Shown in pieces: positions 30,182-39,657 of a DNA stretch of 64,000 bases. Source of the DNA: Betaproteobacteria bacterium. Lineage in GTDB: Bacteria > Pseudomonadota > Gammaproteobacteria > Burkholderiales > SG8-41. The DNA lies in NCBI GenBank assembly GCA_032128415.1, contig JAQBGW010000096.1, forward strand, positions 2,592-66,591, read 5' to 3'. A model generated the notes under the pieces. That model saw nothing but the letters and a program-made list of their open reading frames with translations. It had not been told where the DNA came from and did not search any database. A program made the translations under genes and the position numbers. The stretch's first letter is position 1. Each line of letters starts with the position of its first letter.

Positions 30182-31414
30182 GTGCAGACCAATGCGAACG
30201 AAGATCCGTCGACAGCTGCTGTCGACCGGCAAAAGCTCACGCTAGATGCCAAGGCACGCTCCCCGGGTGAAGCCGCCAATCTGCTCGCCGAGTACCCGGC
30301 ATCGCTGATTGCCGAGGTGTTGCAGAGTCTCAACCCGGCGTTCGCCTCCGACGTGCTGGCCGAACTCCCCGGCGGCCTGGTGGACGGCATCGAGCATGCC
30401 GCGCCGCCACAACTGGCGGCGCAGTGGCGTACCAACCAGCAATTCGGCGAAGGCACCATCGGCCGGATGATGGAGCCCGCGCGTGCCGTGTTTCAACCGG
30501 ACGTGACGGTGCGCGACACCATCGAACAATTGCGGCCGCTGGTACGTAACGCCTTTATTACTTACGGCTACGTCACGGATAGCGTCGGCAATCTGCTCGG
30601 CATTATCACCATGCGCGACCTGCTGTTCGCCGATGAAAACGCGTCGCTCGATTCGATCATGCTGCGCAACCCCTTTGCGCTGACGCCCGGCCTGCTGCTG
30701 AACGATGCCATGAAAAAAGTGCTCGACAGGCACTATCCGATATATCCCGTGTGCGACAGCACCGGTAAGCTGCTCGGTCTGGTGCGCGGACAGGCGATGT
30801 TCGAGGAGCAGGCCTTTGAAATCACCGCCCAAGTCGGTAGCATGGTCGGTGTTGATAAGGAAGAAAGACTGGCGACTCCGCTGCGGGCCAGCTTCAAGTT
30901 TCGCCACCCGTGGCTGCAGATCAATCTCGCGACCGCGTTTGTCGCCGGCGCGGTGGTGGCAGTATTTCAGGGCACCGTGGACCGGCTGGTGATTCTTGCA
31001 CTGTTCCTGCCGGTACTGGCGGGGCAATCCGGCAACACCGGCTGCCAGGCGCTGGCCGTCACGTTGCGCGGCATGACGCTGGGCGAACTGAAAGCCGGTG
31101 CGGAGCGTGCGCTGGTCATAAAGGAAGCCTCACTTGGCGCGCTCAACGGCGCCTTCACCGGAATTGTCGCCGCACTCGGCATGTACACCGTGGCCACCCT
31201 CCAGCACAACCCCAATGCAATTTTGCTCAGTATCGTGGTGTGGTTTGCACTGGTCGGCAGCTGCGTCGCCAGCGGTGTCTGCGGGGCGATGGTGCCGCTG
31301 ACGCTGAAACGTTTCGGCTTTGACCCTGCCACGGCATCCAGCATATTTCTGACCACGGCCACTGACGTTGTCAGCATGGGGCTGTTGCTGGGATTGGCCA
31401 CCCTGCTGATCTGA
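30182..31414 (+). CDS. mgtE: magnesium transporter MgtE
   Basis: 410 aa with an MgtE_N region, a CBS pair (GIITMRDLL, GLVRGQAMF) and a C-terminal 5-TM MgtE domain (AGQSGNTGCQA, TTATDVVS). It uses a GTG start with a GGGGA SD. Confidence 0.9.
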   Translation: MQTNANEDPSTAAVDRQKLTLDAKARSPGEAANLLAEYPASLIAEVLQSLNPAFASDVLAELPGGLVDGIEHAAPPQLAAQWRTNQQFGEGTIGRMMEPARAVFQPDVTVRDTIEQLRPLVRNAFITYGYVTDSVGNLLGIITMRDLLFADENASLDSIMLRNPFALTPGLLLNDAMKKVLDRHYPIYPVCDSTGKLLGLVRGQAMFEEQAFEITAQVGSMVGVDKEERLATPLRASFKFRHPWLQINLATAFVAGAVVAVFQGTVDRLVILALFLPVLAGQSGNTGCQALAVTLRGMTLGELKAGAERALVIKEASLGALNGAFTGIVAALGMYTVATLQHNPNAILLSIVVWFALVGSCVASGVCGAMVPLTLKRFGFDPATASSIFLTTATDVVSMGLLLGLATLLI

Positions 31415-31419
31415 GCGAC

Positions 31420-31808
31420 GTGCATGCCGCAGCCAACAGTTTTGTCACTCACGTCACTGAGTTGCTGGGAGGGCCGGCGCAATCACCACCCGGCGCATGT
31501 TTGGCGGCCACGGTATTTACCTTGACGGTTTGTTCATCGGCATCATTGCCGACGACGTGCTCTACCTGAAGACGGATCCGCGGTCGGAAAGCGAATTCCG
31601 CACTACAGGCAGCACGCCTTTCCGCTACACCCGGCAGGGACGCGTCATGACGTTAAAGTTTTGGGGTGCGCCTGAAGACGCCATGGAATCGCCGCACCAG
31701 ATGCGGCAATGGGCGCGCAAGGCCTACGCTGCGGCGCTGCGTGCCAACGCTACCGGCTATCGCACAAAAAGCCGTACAAAAAAACCGGCCGCACTCGGCG
31801 GCCGGTAA
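31420..31808 (+). pseudogene. TfoX_N-domain protein with an apparent frameshift near 31461-31480 (or an N-terminally truncated CDS from ATG 31497)
   Basis: The frame from GTG 31420 gives VHAAANSFVTHVTELLGG. The next frame gives AGAITTRRMFGGHGIYLDGLFIGIIADDVLYLKTD. Together they match the TfoX N-terminal pattern (..ELL..LG....RRMFGG.G.Y.DG). A stop at 31458-31460 blocks the downstream frame further upstream. Confidence 0.5.
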
Positions 31809-31829
31809 ATTAATGCAAATCCCGTTGTA

Positions 31830-33083
31830 TCAGGCGGCCTTGGCCGGCGCCTTGCGTTTTTTTGCCTGCGCCGCGCTGGCGTGCATGGCAGCGTAAGCCG
31901 CATGTGCCGCCGCTTCGGCATCACCCACATGTACCGCATGGCCCATGTCTTCCAGCACCGAGCCTAACGCTGAGAGGCACAGCATGACGTTGTCCGGACG
32001 GCAGGAATAGCCCATCAGGCCAAATCGCCAGATCTTGCCGGCTAGCGGGCCCAGGCCAGCGCCGATTTCGAGGCCGAACTCGCTTAATAGCGTTTTGCGC
32101 ACTTCGGCCTCGTTGACGCCTTCGGGGCAATACACTGCGTTCATTTGTGGAATCTGATATTGCTCCTTGACCAGGAACTTGAGTCCCATGCCTTCGAGCC
32201 CGGCTTTCAGCGCCGTGTGGTGACGATGTACGCGCGCCCAGCAGTTTTCCAGACTTTCTTCGCGGATCAGCAGCAGCGCTTCATGAAGTGCAAACAGTGA
32301 GTTGGTCGGTGCAGTGTGGTGGTAAGTGCGCGTGGTATCACCCCAGTAACCAAGCAACAGATTCATGTCCATGAACCACGAATGAATCTTGTCCTTGCGT
32401 GCCTTGACGTAATCGACCACTTGTTCCGAAAACGTCACCGGCGACAGACCCGGCGTGCATGACAGACATTTCTGGCTGGCGGAGTACGCCGCGTCAATTT
32501 TCCATTCGTCAACCAGCACCGGTGATCCGCCCAGCGAAGTCACCACATCGACGATGGTCAATGCGCCATACTTGTGCGCAATTTCGACCAGTGTTTTGGC
32601 ATCGGACAACACGCCGGTAGAAGTCTCGGCGTGGACAAAAGCAACCAGTCGCGCGTCAGGATTTTTCTTCAGCGCGTCCTCGAGTTTCTGCGGGTCAACC
32701 GGTTCGCCCCAGTTATCCTCGACAACTATCGGCTTCCCCCCGCAGCGCTCAACGTTCTCGATCATGCGGCCGCCGAACACGCCGTTGCGGCAGACAACGA
32801 CCTTGTCACCAGGTCTTACCAGGTTGACGAAACAGTATTCCATGCCCACGGATCCGGGTCCCGAGATCGGGAAAGTCAGCGGGTTTTTCGTCTGATAGGC
32901 ATAACGCAGCAACGATTTCAGCTCTTCCATCATTTCGACGAACACCGGATCGAGGTAGCCAATCGCGGGCTGGCTCATTGTAGTCAGCACGCGCGGATGG
33001 ATTTCCGTGGGGCCAGGCCCCATCAACGTGCGTTGCGGCGGGTGGAACGAACTGATGCGTTTGGCTGGCGCGTACTTGTTCAT
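31830..33083 (-). CDS. class V aminotransferase (serine/alanine-glyoxylate aminotransferase type)
   Basis: 417 aa from the ATG at 33083, with a GGGAG SD 10 nt upstream. It has LMGPGPTEIHPRV, a PLP-Lys context (AAYSASQKCLS) and an unusual Lys/Ala-rich C-terminal tail (AQAKKRKAPAKAA). Confidence 0.85.
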   Translation of the reverse strand: MNKYAPAKRISSFHPPQRTLMGPGPTEIHPRVLTTMSQPAIGYLDPVFVEMMEELKSLLRYAYQTKNPLTFPISGPGSVGMEYCFVNLVRPGDKVVVCRNGVFGGRMIENVERCGGKPIVVEDNWGEPVDPQKLEDALKKNPDARLVAFVHAETSTGVLSDAKTLVEIAHKYGALTIVDVVTSLGGSPVLVDEWKIDAAYSASQKCLSCTPGLSPVTFSEQVVDYVKARKDKIHSWFMDMNLLLGYWGDTTRTYHHTAPTNSLFALHEALLLIREESLENCWARVHRHHTALKAGLEGMGLKFLVKEQYQIPQMNAVYCPEGVNEAEVRKTLLSEFGLEIGAGLGPLAGKIWRFGLMGYSCRPDNVMLCLSALGSVLEDMGHAVHVGDAEAAAHAAYAAMHASAAQAKKRKAPAKAA

Positions 33084-33368
33084 GGTGAAATCACTCCCTG
33101 CTGAGGCGTTAGTAAAAAAATTTTCTCCGTCGGGCCGCGATTTCAGGCGCAGCGGCTTGCGGGAGGTGGCTTCGTTGAGCACGTCGACTGCGGCGATCTC
33201 CCCGCTGGTGACCTGCTCGACCTCCATCGCCCAGCGCGCCGGAACGTAACCCAACTTGACCCAGTGATTAACGACCGCTCGATCCAGGCAGAAGCGGCGC
33301 GCCACTTCGGCCTGGCTGCCGAATATTTCAACGAGGCGCTCGGCGCAATTCATGTGGGCAATCTGCAT
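33084..33368 (-). CDS. YdaS/Cro-like HTH module, in frame with and not separated by a stop from the aminotransferase
   Basis: FGSQAEVARRFCLDRAVVNHWVKLGYVPARWAMEVEQVTSGEI follows the YdaS/Cro HTH pattern. No stop codon lies between it and ATG 33083. Neither candidate ATG (33368, 33353) has a visible SD. Confidence 0.45.
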
Positions 33369-33395
33369 TTGAAATCGGGATTTGGAAAGGACAGC

Positions 33396-33436
33396 AATTT
33401 ACCACGACCAAATAACTTTGACAAGTTGATCTTGTC
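33396..33436 (-). promoter_or_regulatory. candidate sigma70 promoter with overlapping palindromic operator
   Basis: On the minus strand it reads TTGTCA (33424-33419), a 17-nt spacer and TAAATT (33401-33396). The palindrome GACAAG-TTGAT-CTTGTC (33420-33436) overlaps the -35. Confidence 0.4.
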
Positions 33437-33653
33437 GCTACAAATATTTATAACCCATTGTTTTAATTCATATTATTATGGTGATCTCGATGTTTTCTGA
33501 TCATTCCAGCATACCCAACTCGCAATAATTGCCATGCTGCATCGACAGAACTTACGGGGAGAAAAGCCAGCATCGCTATGCGGATTTGCCGGTCGCCAGT
33601 CTCAAGAAAATATCACCCCCCTCGCGCGACCACCTGTCCGGCGCCGGCGCCTA

Positions 33654-36527
33654 TTACGCCGAGTAAAACCTGTATGCATTCCGCCCCTGGTCTTTGGCGC
33701 GGTACATCGCAAGGTCGGCGTGCTTGAGCAGTGTTGGGGCATCTTCACCATTGCCGGGAAAGATGCTGATGCCGATGCTGGCGGTCACGTTGCATTCACT
33801 GCCCGATAACGTGAAGCTGCCCATTAACGTATTAATCAGCTTTTGAGCCACGCTGCCGATCAACGCCGTATCAGAGACATTCTCGATCAACACGACAAAT
33901 TCATCGCCGCCGAGCCGTGCCACGGTGTCACTGGTGCGCAACTGCCCTGTCAGCCGCCGCGCAACTTCACACAACAACACATCGCCAGCTTCATGACCCA
34001 GCTTATCGTTGATTGGCTTGAAGTGGTCGAGGTCGATAAACATAACTGCCAAACCCTGACTGCCGCGCCGCGCCTGTGTCAGCACATGCTCCAGCCGTTG
34101 GTTGAACATCATACGATTCGGCAGTTTGGTCAACGCGTCGTGAGCAGCCACGAATTGAAGTTTCTCCTCCGCCTCCCGGCGACCCATGTACTGCCCGATT
34201 TGCCGGCCGATCGACTCTGCCGTCCCGATCAACGATTTCTCGGATTCATGCGCACTGCGCTGATAAAACTCCATGACTCCAACCACTTCGCCACCGCGTA
34301 ATAGCGGAAATGCAAATGCGCCTTGCAACCCCACCTCCGCAATCAAAATTGCGCGATTGGATCCCGGTGCTTGAGAAACGTTGGAAATCCATACCGCGGC
34401 GCCGGAAGCATAGGTGCGACGGACCAAGCCCTCATGCTCTACGGGCTTCGGTTTAAACACCCGCTGCTTGCTGTCCTCAACGAAGGCCTGTAACTCGGGC
34501 ATGTCTGCACCCCAAGTGGCGGCGCACTTCAAACCCTGGGCATCGCGATCCCATATCCAGGCGAGCCCGAACTCCCAACTCATGTTGTGACAAATGATCT
34601 CAATGATTTTCGGAAACAGCTCGACCAGGTTTTTTTCTTCGGCCAGCACACGAGTCACCGCGTATTCCATGGTACGCCGCAATTCCTCCTGTTTGCGATC
34701 GGTGATGTCTTCGACGACGTTGACAAAATAGTCCGTGCTGCCGTCCTTGCCACAGACTGCAGAGACGGTGCGCCGCACCCATAACACCCTGCCGTCCTTG
34801 CGCACCAGACGGCTATCGATGAACGAGGCAGCGTCGCGTACCGGCTCACCAGGTCGCGTATCAGTCCGCCCATCTTCTGCTGAGATAACGCGGCGACCAA
34901 CCAGTTTCGCCTTGGCATACCCGAGCATGTCCAGGAATTTCTGGTTGGCGTCGATCATGACACCATCCAGATCTACCGTAACAATGCCTACGGCAGCATT
35001 GTCGAACAATGCGCGAAAGCGCTGCTCTGTCGCCTTGCGCTCGGTAACATCAACAATGGTGCCGATCAATCCCGCGACACTGCCGTCCCCATCCTTGTAA
35101 ATCGCCTTGTAGTAGACGGCATCCAGCGACTGGCCTTGCGGGGTTGTGATGATGGTCTCATATTGCTGACTGCCCCCGCTGCGCCACAATGCTTGATCCA
35201 TAGCATGCAGGCGGTCGGCAATTTCCGGTTGATGCGGATATAGATCGTGCACGGTCTTGCCGATAAAGGATTGGCGCGGCAACCCGAACAACGTCTCCCA
35301 CGCTTTATTGACGCCGATGTAACGACCATCCGTGCCTTTGAAGAAAATTGGATTGGGAATAACTTCGATCAGCTCACGCGTCCGGCGCTGCTCCTCGATC
35401 AATCGCGCTTCGCTTGCACGAAAATCAGCCGTCGCGCGATTTGCCCACTCGATCGCATGCGCGCGCGCGGACAGCAATGCCCGCGCCAAGCCTGCCAGCA
35501 GCAGACTGACTGTCATTCCAATCAACATGACGGCCCATGGCAACCAGCGCTGAGTAGCCGTGCCGAAAAACCCCGGGTGCGCAGTGAAATATATATCCCA
35601 ACGGCGCCCCCCCACCTCCAGGCTGGACTCGTGCCGCAGCTTGTCCGCCGCCCCGCTGGTCGCAGCAGTCGGCACGGGCTCCGCGATCAACCGGTTGCTG
35701 TCGAACAGCAGATTCTTTGCTGACGGCGTTTCGCGAACTGGTGTGCCCCTGGCCGGGCCGGCGTCGTGAATGCGGATGTGCAACTGGTTCAGATCCGTCT
35801 CCCTGAATAACCTGCGCATGACATCTATGACAAGAAAAGACGCGCTAATCACGCCCGAGAACGCAGCGCGACGTTCCTCGGTGGTCGCGATGGGTGCGCC
35901 TTTCGCGTATATCGGCAGGCGCATGACAATTCCCGGGTACCGGTCCGGGTCCAGCGCCAGTGCAATCGGCCCCGATGCCGCCAGCTGACCGGAGTCACGG
36001 ACGCGGTTCAGCGCATCCAGACGGATCTGGTCTCCTGCCAGATCCAGGCCCAGTACGGCCTCATTTCCGGCCCGTGGGGCGAAATAACGGACCACTACAT
36101 ATTCGTCGCGCTCCCCGAGCGGCTTGATCTTGAAGTTGCTCTCACCGGCCCGGCGCGCCGCCGCTTCAAATGCCGTTCGTTGATCGGCGGTGAAGTACTG
36201 CGCGTAATGTATGACCCGGATCCCAGGATAACGGCGTTCCAACTCAAGCCCCGTGACATACCCCGTGAACGTTTTTCCGGAGAAGCCATCACCGGTGGCA
36301 TGATGCAGCGCGCGCGCGCCGGCCAGCACATCCGCATAACTGTTAATACGGAATTCGATTGAGGCGTGGGCATCCGTCGCGACAACCATGAACCGCTCCG
36401 CAACCTCCCGATCCATTTGTATGCGCGTCACGTTCCAGGCCAGCGCGGACAACAACAGGCTGACGCCAAGAACGATCCATGCGATCGATCTGCGTTGCTG
36501 CTCCAGAATTGCGCTCCAAAAATTCAA
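33654..36527 (-). CDS. membrane sensor diguanylate cyclase: CHASE - TM - PAS x2 - GAF - GGDEF
   Basis: 957 aa. An N-terminal TM segment precedes a periplasmic CHASE-like domain, followed by a second TM segment. Two PAS-like blocks (IFFKGTDGRYIGVNKAWE; VTVDLDGVMIDANQKF) and a GAF domain come next. The C-terminus carries RLGGDEFVVL. Confidence 0.88.
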   Translation of the reverse strand: MNFWSAILEQQRRSIAWIVLGVSLLLSALAWNVTRIQMDREVAERFMVVATDAHASIEFRINSYADVLAGARALHHATGDGFSGKTFTGYVTGLELERRYPGIRVIHYAQYFTADQRTAFEAAARRAGESNFKIKPLGERDEYVVVRYFAPRAGNEAVLGLDLAGDQIRLDALNRVRDSGQLAASGPIALALDPDRYPGIVMRLPIYAKGAPIATTEERRAAFSGVISASFLVIDVMRRLFRETDLNQLHIRIHDAGPARGTPVRETPSAKNLLFDSNRLIAEPVPTAATSGAADKLRHESSLEVGGRRWDIYFTAHPGFFGTATQRWLPWAVMLIGMTVSLLLAGLARALLSARAHAIEWANRATADFRASEARLIEEQRRTRELIEVIPNPIFFKGTDGRYIGVNKAWETLFGLPRQSFIGKTVHDLYPHQPEIADRLHAMDQALWRSGGSQQYETIITTPQGQSLDAVYYKAIYKDGDGSVAGLIGTIVDVTERKATEQRFRALFDNAAVGIVTVDLDGVMIDANQKFLDMLGYAKAKLVGRRVISAEDGRTDTRPGEPVRDAASFIDSRLVRKDGRVLWVRRTVSAVCGKDGSTDYFVNVVEDITDRKQEELRRTMEYAVTRVLAEEKNLVELFPKIIEIICHNMSWEFGLAWIWDRDAQGLKCAATWGADMPELQAFVEDSKQRVFKPKPVEHEGLVRRTYASGAAVWISNVSQAPGSNRAILIAEVGLQGAFAFPLLRGGEVVGVMEFYQRSAHESEKSLIGTAESIGRQIGQYMGRREAEEKLQFVAAHDALTKLPNRMMFNQRLEHVLTQARRGSQGLAVMFIDLDHFKPINDKLGHEAGDVLLCEVARRLTGQLRTSDTVARLGGDEFVVLIENVSDTALIGSVAQKLINTLMGSFTLSGSECNVTASIGISIFPGNGEDAPTLLKHADLAMYRAKDQGRNAYRFYSA

Positions 36528-36581
36528 ATACCCCTCCCGCTTTAGGATTTGAATGATAAGCCAGCTTCTATCGATACAGGT

Positions 36582-37454
36582 TCAGCGCTCCACGTCGAAA
36601 GCCGTGTCGCCATCAACGACCGGCGCGCCAGTCGCGCGCACCGCGCCAAAATCGAAAAGTTCACGATCCAGCAGATGTGAAGGGCGGATATTTTGAATGC
36701 TGGTGAGCAGCGTCTCGACACGCCCGGGATACTTTTTCTCCCACTCCTGCAACAACGCCTTCACTTCCTTGCGCTTAAGAGTTTCCTGCGATCCGCACAA
36801 TGTGCAGGGAATGATCGGAAATTGTCGCAGCTCCGCATAGGCTTGAAGGTCTTTCTCTTCACAGTATGCCAGCGGCCGGATCACCACATTGCGTCCGTCG
36901 TCCGATACCAGCTTTGGCGGCATCGTTTTCAACTTGCCACCATAGAACATGTTCAGAAAAAATGTTTCCAGAATGTCGTCACGGTGGTGTCCCAGCGCAA
37001 TCTTGGTCGCACCCAGCTCCTGCGCGACGCGATAAAGCACGCCGCGGCGCAGCCGTGAACACAGTGAACACATGGTCTTGCCTTCGGGAATTACCCGTTT
37101 GACGATGCTGTAGGTGTCCTGCTCCTCAATGCGGAACGGCACGCCGAGTTTCGTCAGGTAATCCGGCAGCACATGTTCGGGAAACCCCGGCTGTTTTTGA
37201 TCCAGATTGACCGCGACGATATCGAATGAGATCGGCGCACGACTGCGCAGATGCAACAGAATGTCGAGCAGCGCATAGCTGTCCTTGCCGCCAGACAGAC
37301 ACGCCATGACCTTGTCGCCGTCGCGAATCATGTCGAAGTCGGCGATAGCCTGCCCCGTCAGTCGGCGCAGACGCTTGGCAAGTTTGTTCGACTCGAAGGC
37401 CGCCTTGCGCTCCCGATTGCTGTGCGGGGTAATGTGTATGACTTGAGTATCCAT
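36582..37454 (-). CDS. ttcA: tRNA 2-thiocytidine(32) synthetase
   Basis: 290 aa with the PP-loop SGGKDS and the [10 protein letters not shown] and CTLCGSQ cysteine motifs. Confidence 0.93.
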   Translation of the reverse strand: MDTQVIHITPHSNRERKAAFESNKLAKRLRRLTGQAIADFDMIRDGDKVMACLSGGKDSYALLDILLHLRSRAPISFDIVAVNLDQKQPGFPEHVLPDYLTKLGVPFRIEEQDTYSIVKRVIPEGKTMCSLCSRLRRGVLYRVAQELGATKIALGHHRDDILETFFLNMFYGGKLKTMPPKLVSDDGRNVVIRPLAYCEEKDLQAYAELRQFPIIPCTLCGSQETLKRKEVKALLQEWEKKYPGRVETLLTSIQNIRPSHLLDRELFDFGAVRATGAPVVDGDTAFDVER

Positions 37455-37530
37455 AATCTACTTTGCCTGAAAATCGGAGCTGCCACCCGAAAAGTTAACG
37501 GGTGTCCCCGCTCATTCGTTTACCGCTATA

Positions 37531-38295
37531 TCACAACGCGATGCTGCGCCCACCATCGACAACCAGGATCTGCCCCGTTACGTACGGCGCCGTCATCAAA
37601 TATTCAACAGCCGTGGCGATGTCGTCAGGCTCACCGGTGCGCTTGAGCAGGGTCTGGTTGACGATGCGTTGACGCTCGATATCGTTCTGCCACGCCGCAT
37701 CTTCAGGCCACAGCACGGTACCGGGCGACACGCCGTTCACTCGCACTTGCGGGCCAAGTTCACGCGCGAGTGACCGGGTCAACGCCAGCAGGCCGCCCTT
37801 GGCAACGTTATAGACCACATGGTTCTTCATCGGCAGTTCGGCGTGAATGTCGATGATGTTGATAATAACGCCCTGTGACTTGCGCAGCTCTGGCGCTGCT
37901 GCCTGAGACAGGAACAGCGGCGCTTTCAGGTTGGCGCCGATCAATTCGTCCCAGGCACGTTCATCGATCGCGCCGACCGGCGTGGCGTAAAAGCTCGATG
38001 CGTTGTTGACCAGCCCATCGATCTTGCCGAACGCCGACACTGCATCCTTGACCAGTTGCGGCAGCGCACCCGGCGCCAGCAGATCTGCACGCGTCAACGC
38101 CACCGACCCCGCGCGCAAACCGTTCAATTCCTGCTGTAACGCATGGGCCTCTTCCGAGGCATTGCGGTAATGCACCAGCACGCTCGCGCCTGCCGCATGC
38201 AGTCGTCGGCAAATGGCCGCGCCGACGCGTCGCGCGCCCCCGGTCACCAGTACCGCTTTGCCGCTCAGTGCGGTGCTCATCGCCGGGCGATCCAC
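37531..38295 (-). CDS. short-chain dehydrogenase, pteridine reductase-like
   Basis: 254 aa with VLVTGGARRVGAAI, NNAS and the catalytic YNVAK. The alternative start is the ATG at 38280. Confidence 0.75.
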   Translation of the reverse strand: MDRPAMSTALSGKAVLVTGGARRVGAAICRRLHAAGASVLVHYRNASEEAHALQQELNGLRAGSVALTRADLLAPGALPQLVKDAVSAFGKIDGLVNNASSFYATPVGAIDERAWDELIGANLKAPLFLSQAAAPELRKSQGVIINIIDIHAELPMKNHVVYNVAKGGLLALTRSLARELGPQVRVNGVSPGTVLWPEDAAWQNDIERQRIVNQTLLKRTGEPDDIATAVEYLMTAPYVTGQILVVDGGRSIAL

Positions 38296-38368
38296 CGCGA
38301 CCGGGGTTCGCGATTTAATTCAGGTGGTATCACGTAATCCATTGTTTATTTTATCGTATTATTCCCCG

Positions 38369-39529
38369 ATGACCCTTGCGCAGCAGAATCCCGGACTGCC
38401 CATACCATCCGCTGCCGCGCTGGAATTAAGTGCGCGGCTGCATGCCCTGATCTGCAAAGACATCGCTGCGGCCGGCGGCTGGATCAGTTTTGCGCGTTAC
38501 ATGGATCTCGCACTCTATGCGCCGGGGTTCGGCTATTACAGCGCGGGCAGCCGCAAACTCGGGCCCGCTGGCGATTTCGTCACCGCGCCGGAACTCTCGG
38601 CGCTGTTCGGCCGCACACTCGCGCGGCAACTGTCAGAGCTGTTGCGGCAGGGCTTGCCTGACATTCTTGAGCTCGGCGCGGGCAGCGGCGCGTTGGCCGC
38701 GGTGTTACTCACTGAACTGGCAGCGCTCGATCGTCTGCCGGAAAGATATGCCATTCTCGAATTGAGCGCGGATTTGCGTGAACGCCAGCGCCAGCATCTG
38801 CTGCAGGTTGTGCCGCATCTTGCAGACCGCTTGCAATGGCTGGATGCACTGCCGGAACAATTCTCCGGCGTGATTCTGGGTAACGAAGTCTTGGACGCCG
38901 TGCCTGCGCAGCGCATCCGTGTCGACGACGGCGCCATTGACGAACTCGGCGTGAGCGTAATCGAGCATGAACTGGTGTGGGCACAACAGCCGGCCTCAGA
39001 CACGCTGGCCGCCGCCGTGAGCGCGCTGGCTCTGCCCGATGATTACGAAACGGAATTAAATCCAGCAGCCGCCGCACTGGTGGGTGATCTCGCGCAGCGG
39101 CTGACGCGCGGCGCATTGCTGTTCATCGACTACGGTTTTCCGGCGCACGAGTTCTACCACCCACAGCGCAATCGCGGCACGCTGATGTGCCACTACCGCC
39201 ATCACGCCCATGCCGATCCCTTCCTGTGGGTGGGATTGCAGGACATCACTACGCACGTCGATTTCAGCGCAATCGCGCGCGCCGATACCGGGCTTGATCT
39301 GCTCGGCTACACCGGCCAGGCGCAGTTTCTGATCAACTGCGGCATCACCGAACTGCTGGCCGAGGTGCCGGCAGACGATGCCGCGCGTTACGCGCCGCTC
39401 GCAGCGCAGGTGCAGAAGCTGCTGTCGCCGGCTGAAATGGGGGAACTGTTCAAAGTCATCGTACTCGGCCGCGGTGTCACTGTTCCGCTGCTGGGATTCC
39501 GCCACGGCGATCGTTCACACACGCTGTAA
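38369..39529 (+). CDS. SAM-dependent methyltransferase, MidA/NDUFAF7 (DUF185) family
   Basis: 386 aa from the ATG at 38369, with YMDLALYAPGFGYYS, FVTAPELS and ILELGAGSG. The track ORF is over-extended by 52 codons. Confidence 0.8.
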   Translation: MTLAQQNPGLPIPSAAALELSARLHALICKDIAAAGGWISFARYMDLALYAPGFGYYSAGSRKLGPAGDFVTAPELSALFGRTLARQLSELLRQGLPDILELGAGSGALAAVLLTELAALDRLPERYAILELSADLRERQRQHLLQVVPHLADRLQWLDALPEQFSGVILGNEVLDAVPAQRIRVDDGAIDELGVSVIEHELVWAQQPASDTLAAAVSALALPDDYETELNPAAAALVGDLAQRLTRGALLFIDYGFPAHEFYHPQRNRGTLMCHYRHHAHADPFLWVGLQDITTHVDFSAIARADTGLDLLGYTGQAQFLINCGITELLAEVPADDAARYAPLAAQVQKLLSPAEMGELFKVIVLGRGVTVPLLGFRHGDRSHTL

Positions 39530-39657
39530 CCCACCCGCCGGTTTCCGTTATTATCTATCGATCCCTACAAGACACATGACGCCGTTCGGGCTGGATTTAT
39601 CAAAGCCTCATCATCTTTCGACAGGATCAAGGCAAGCAAAACGGTTTATCGCTAATT

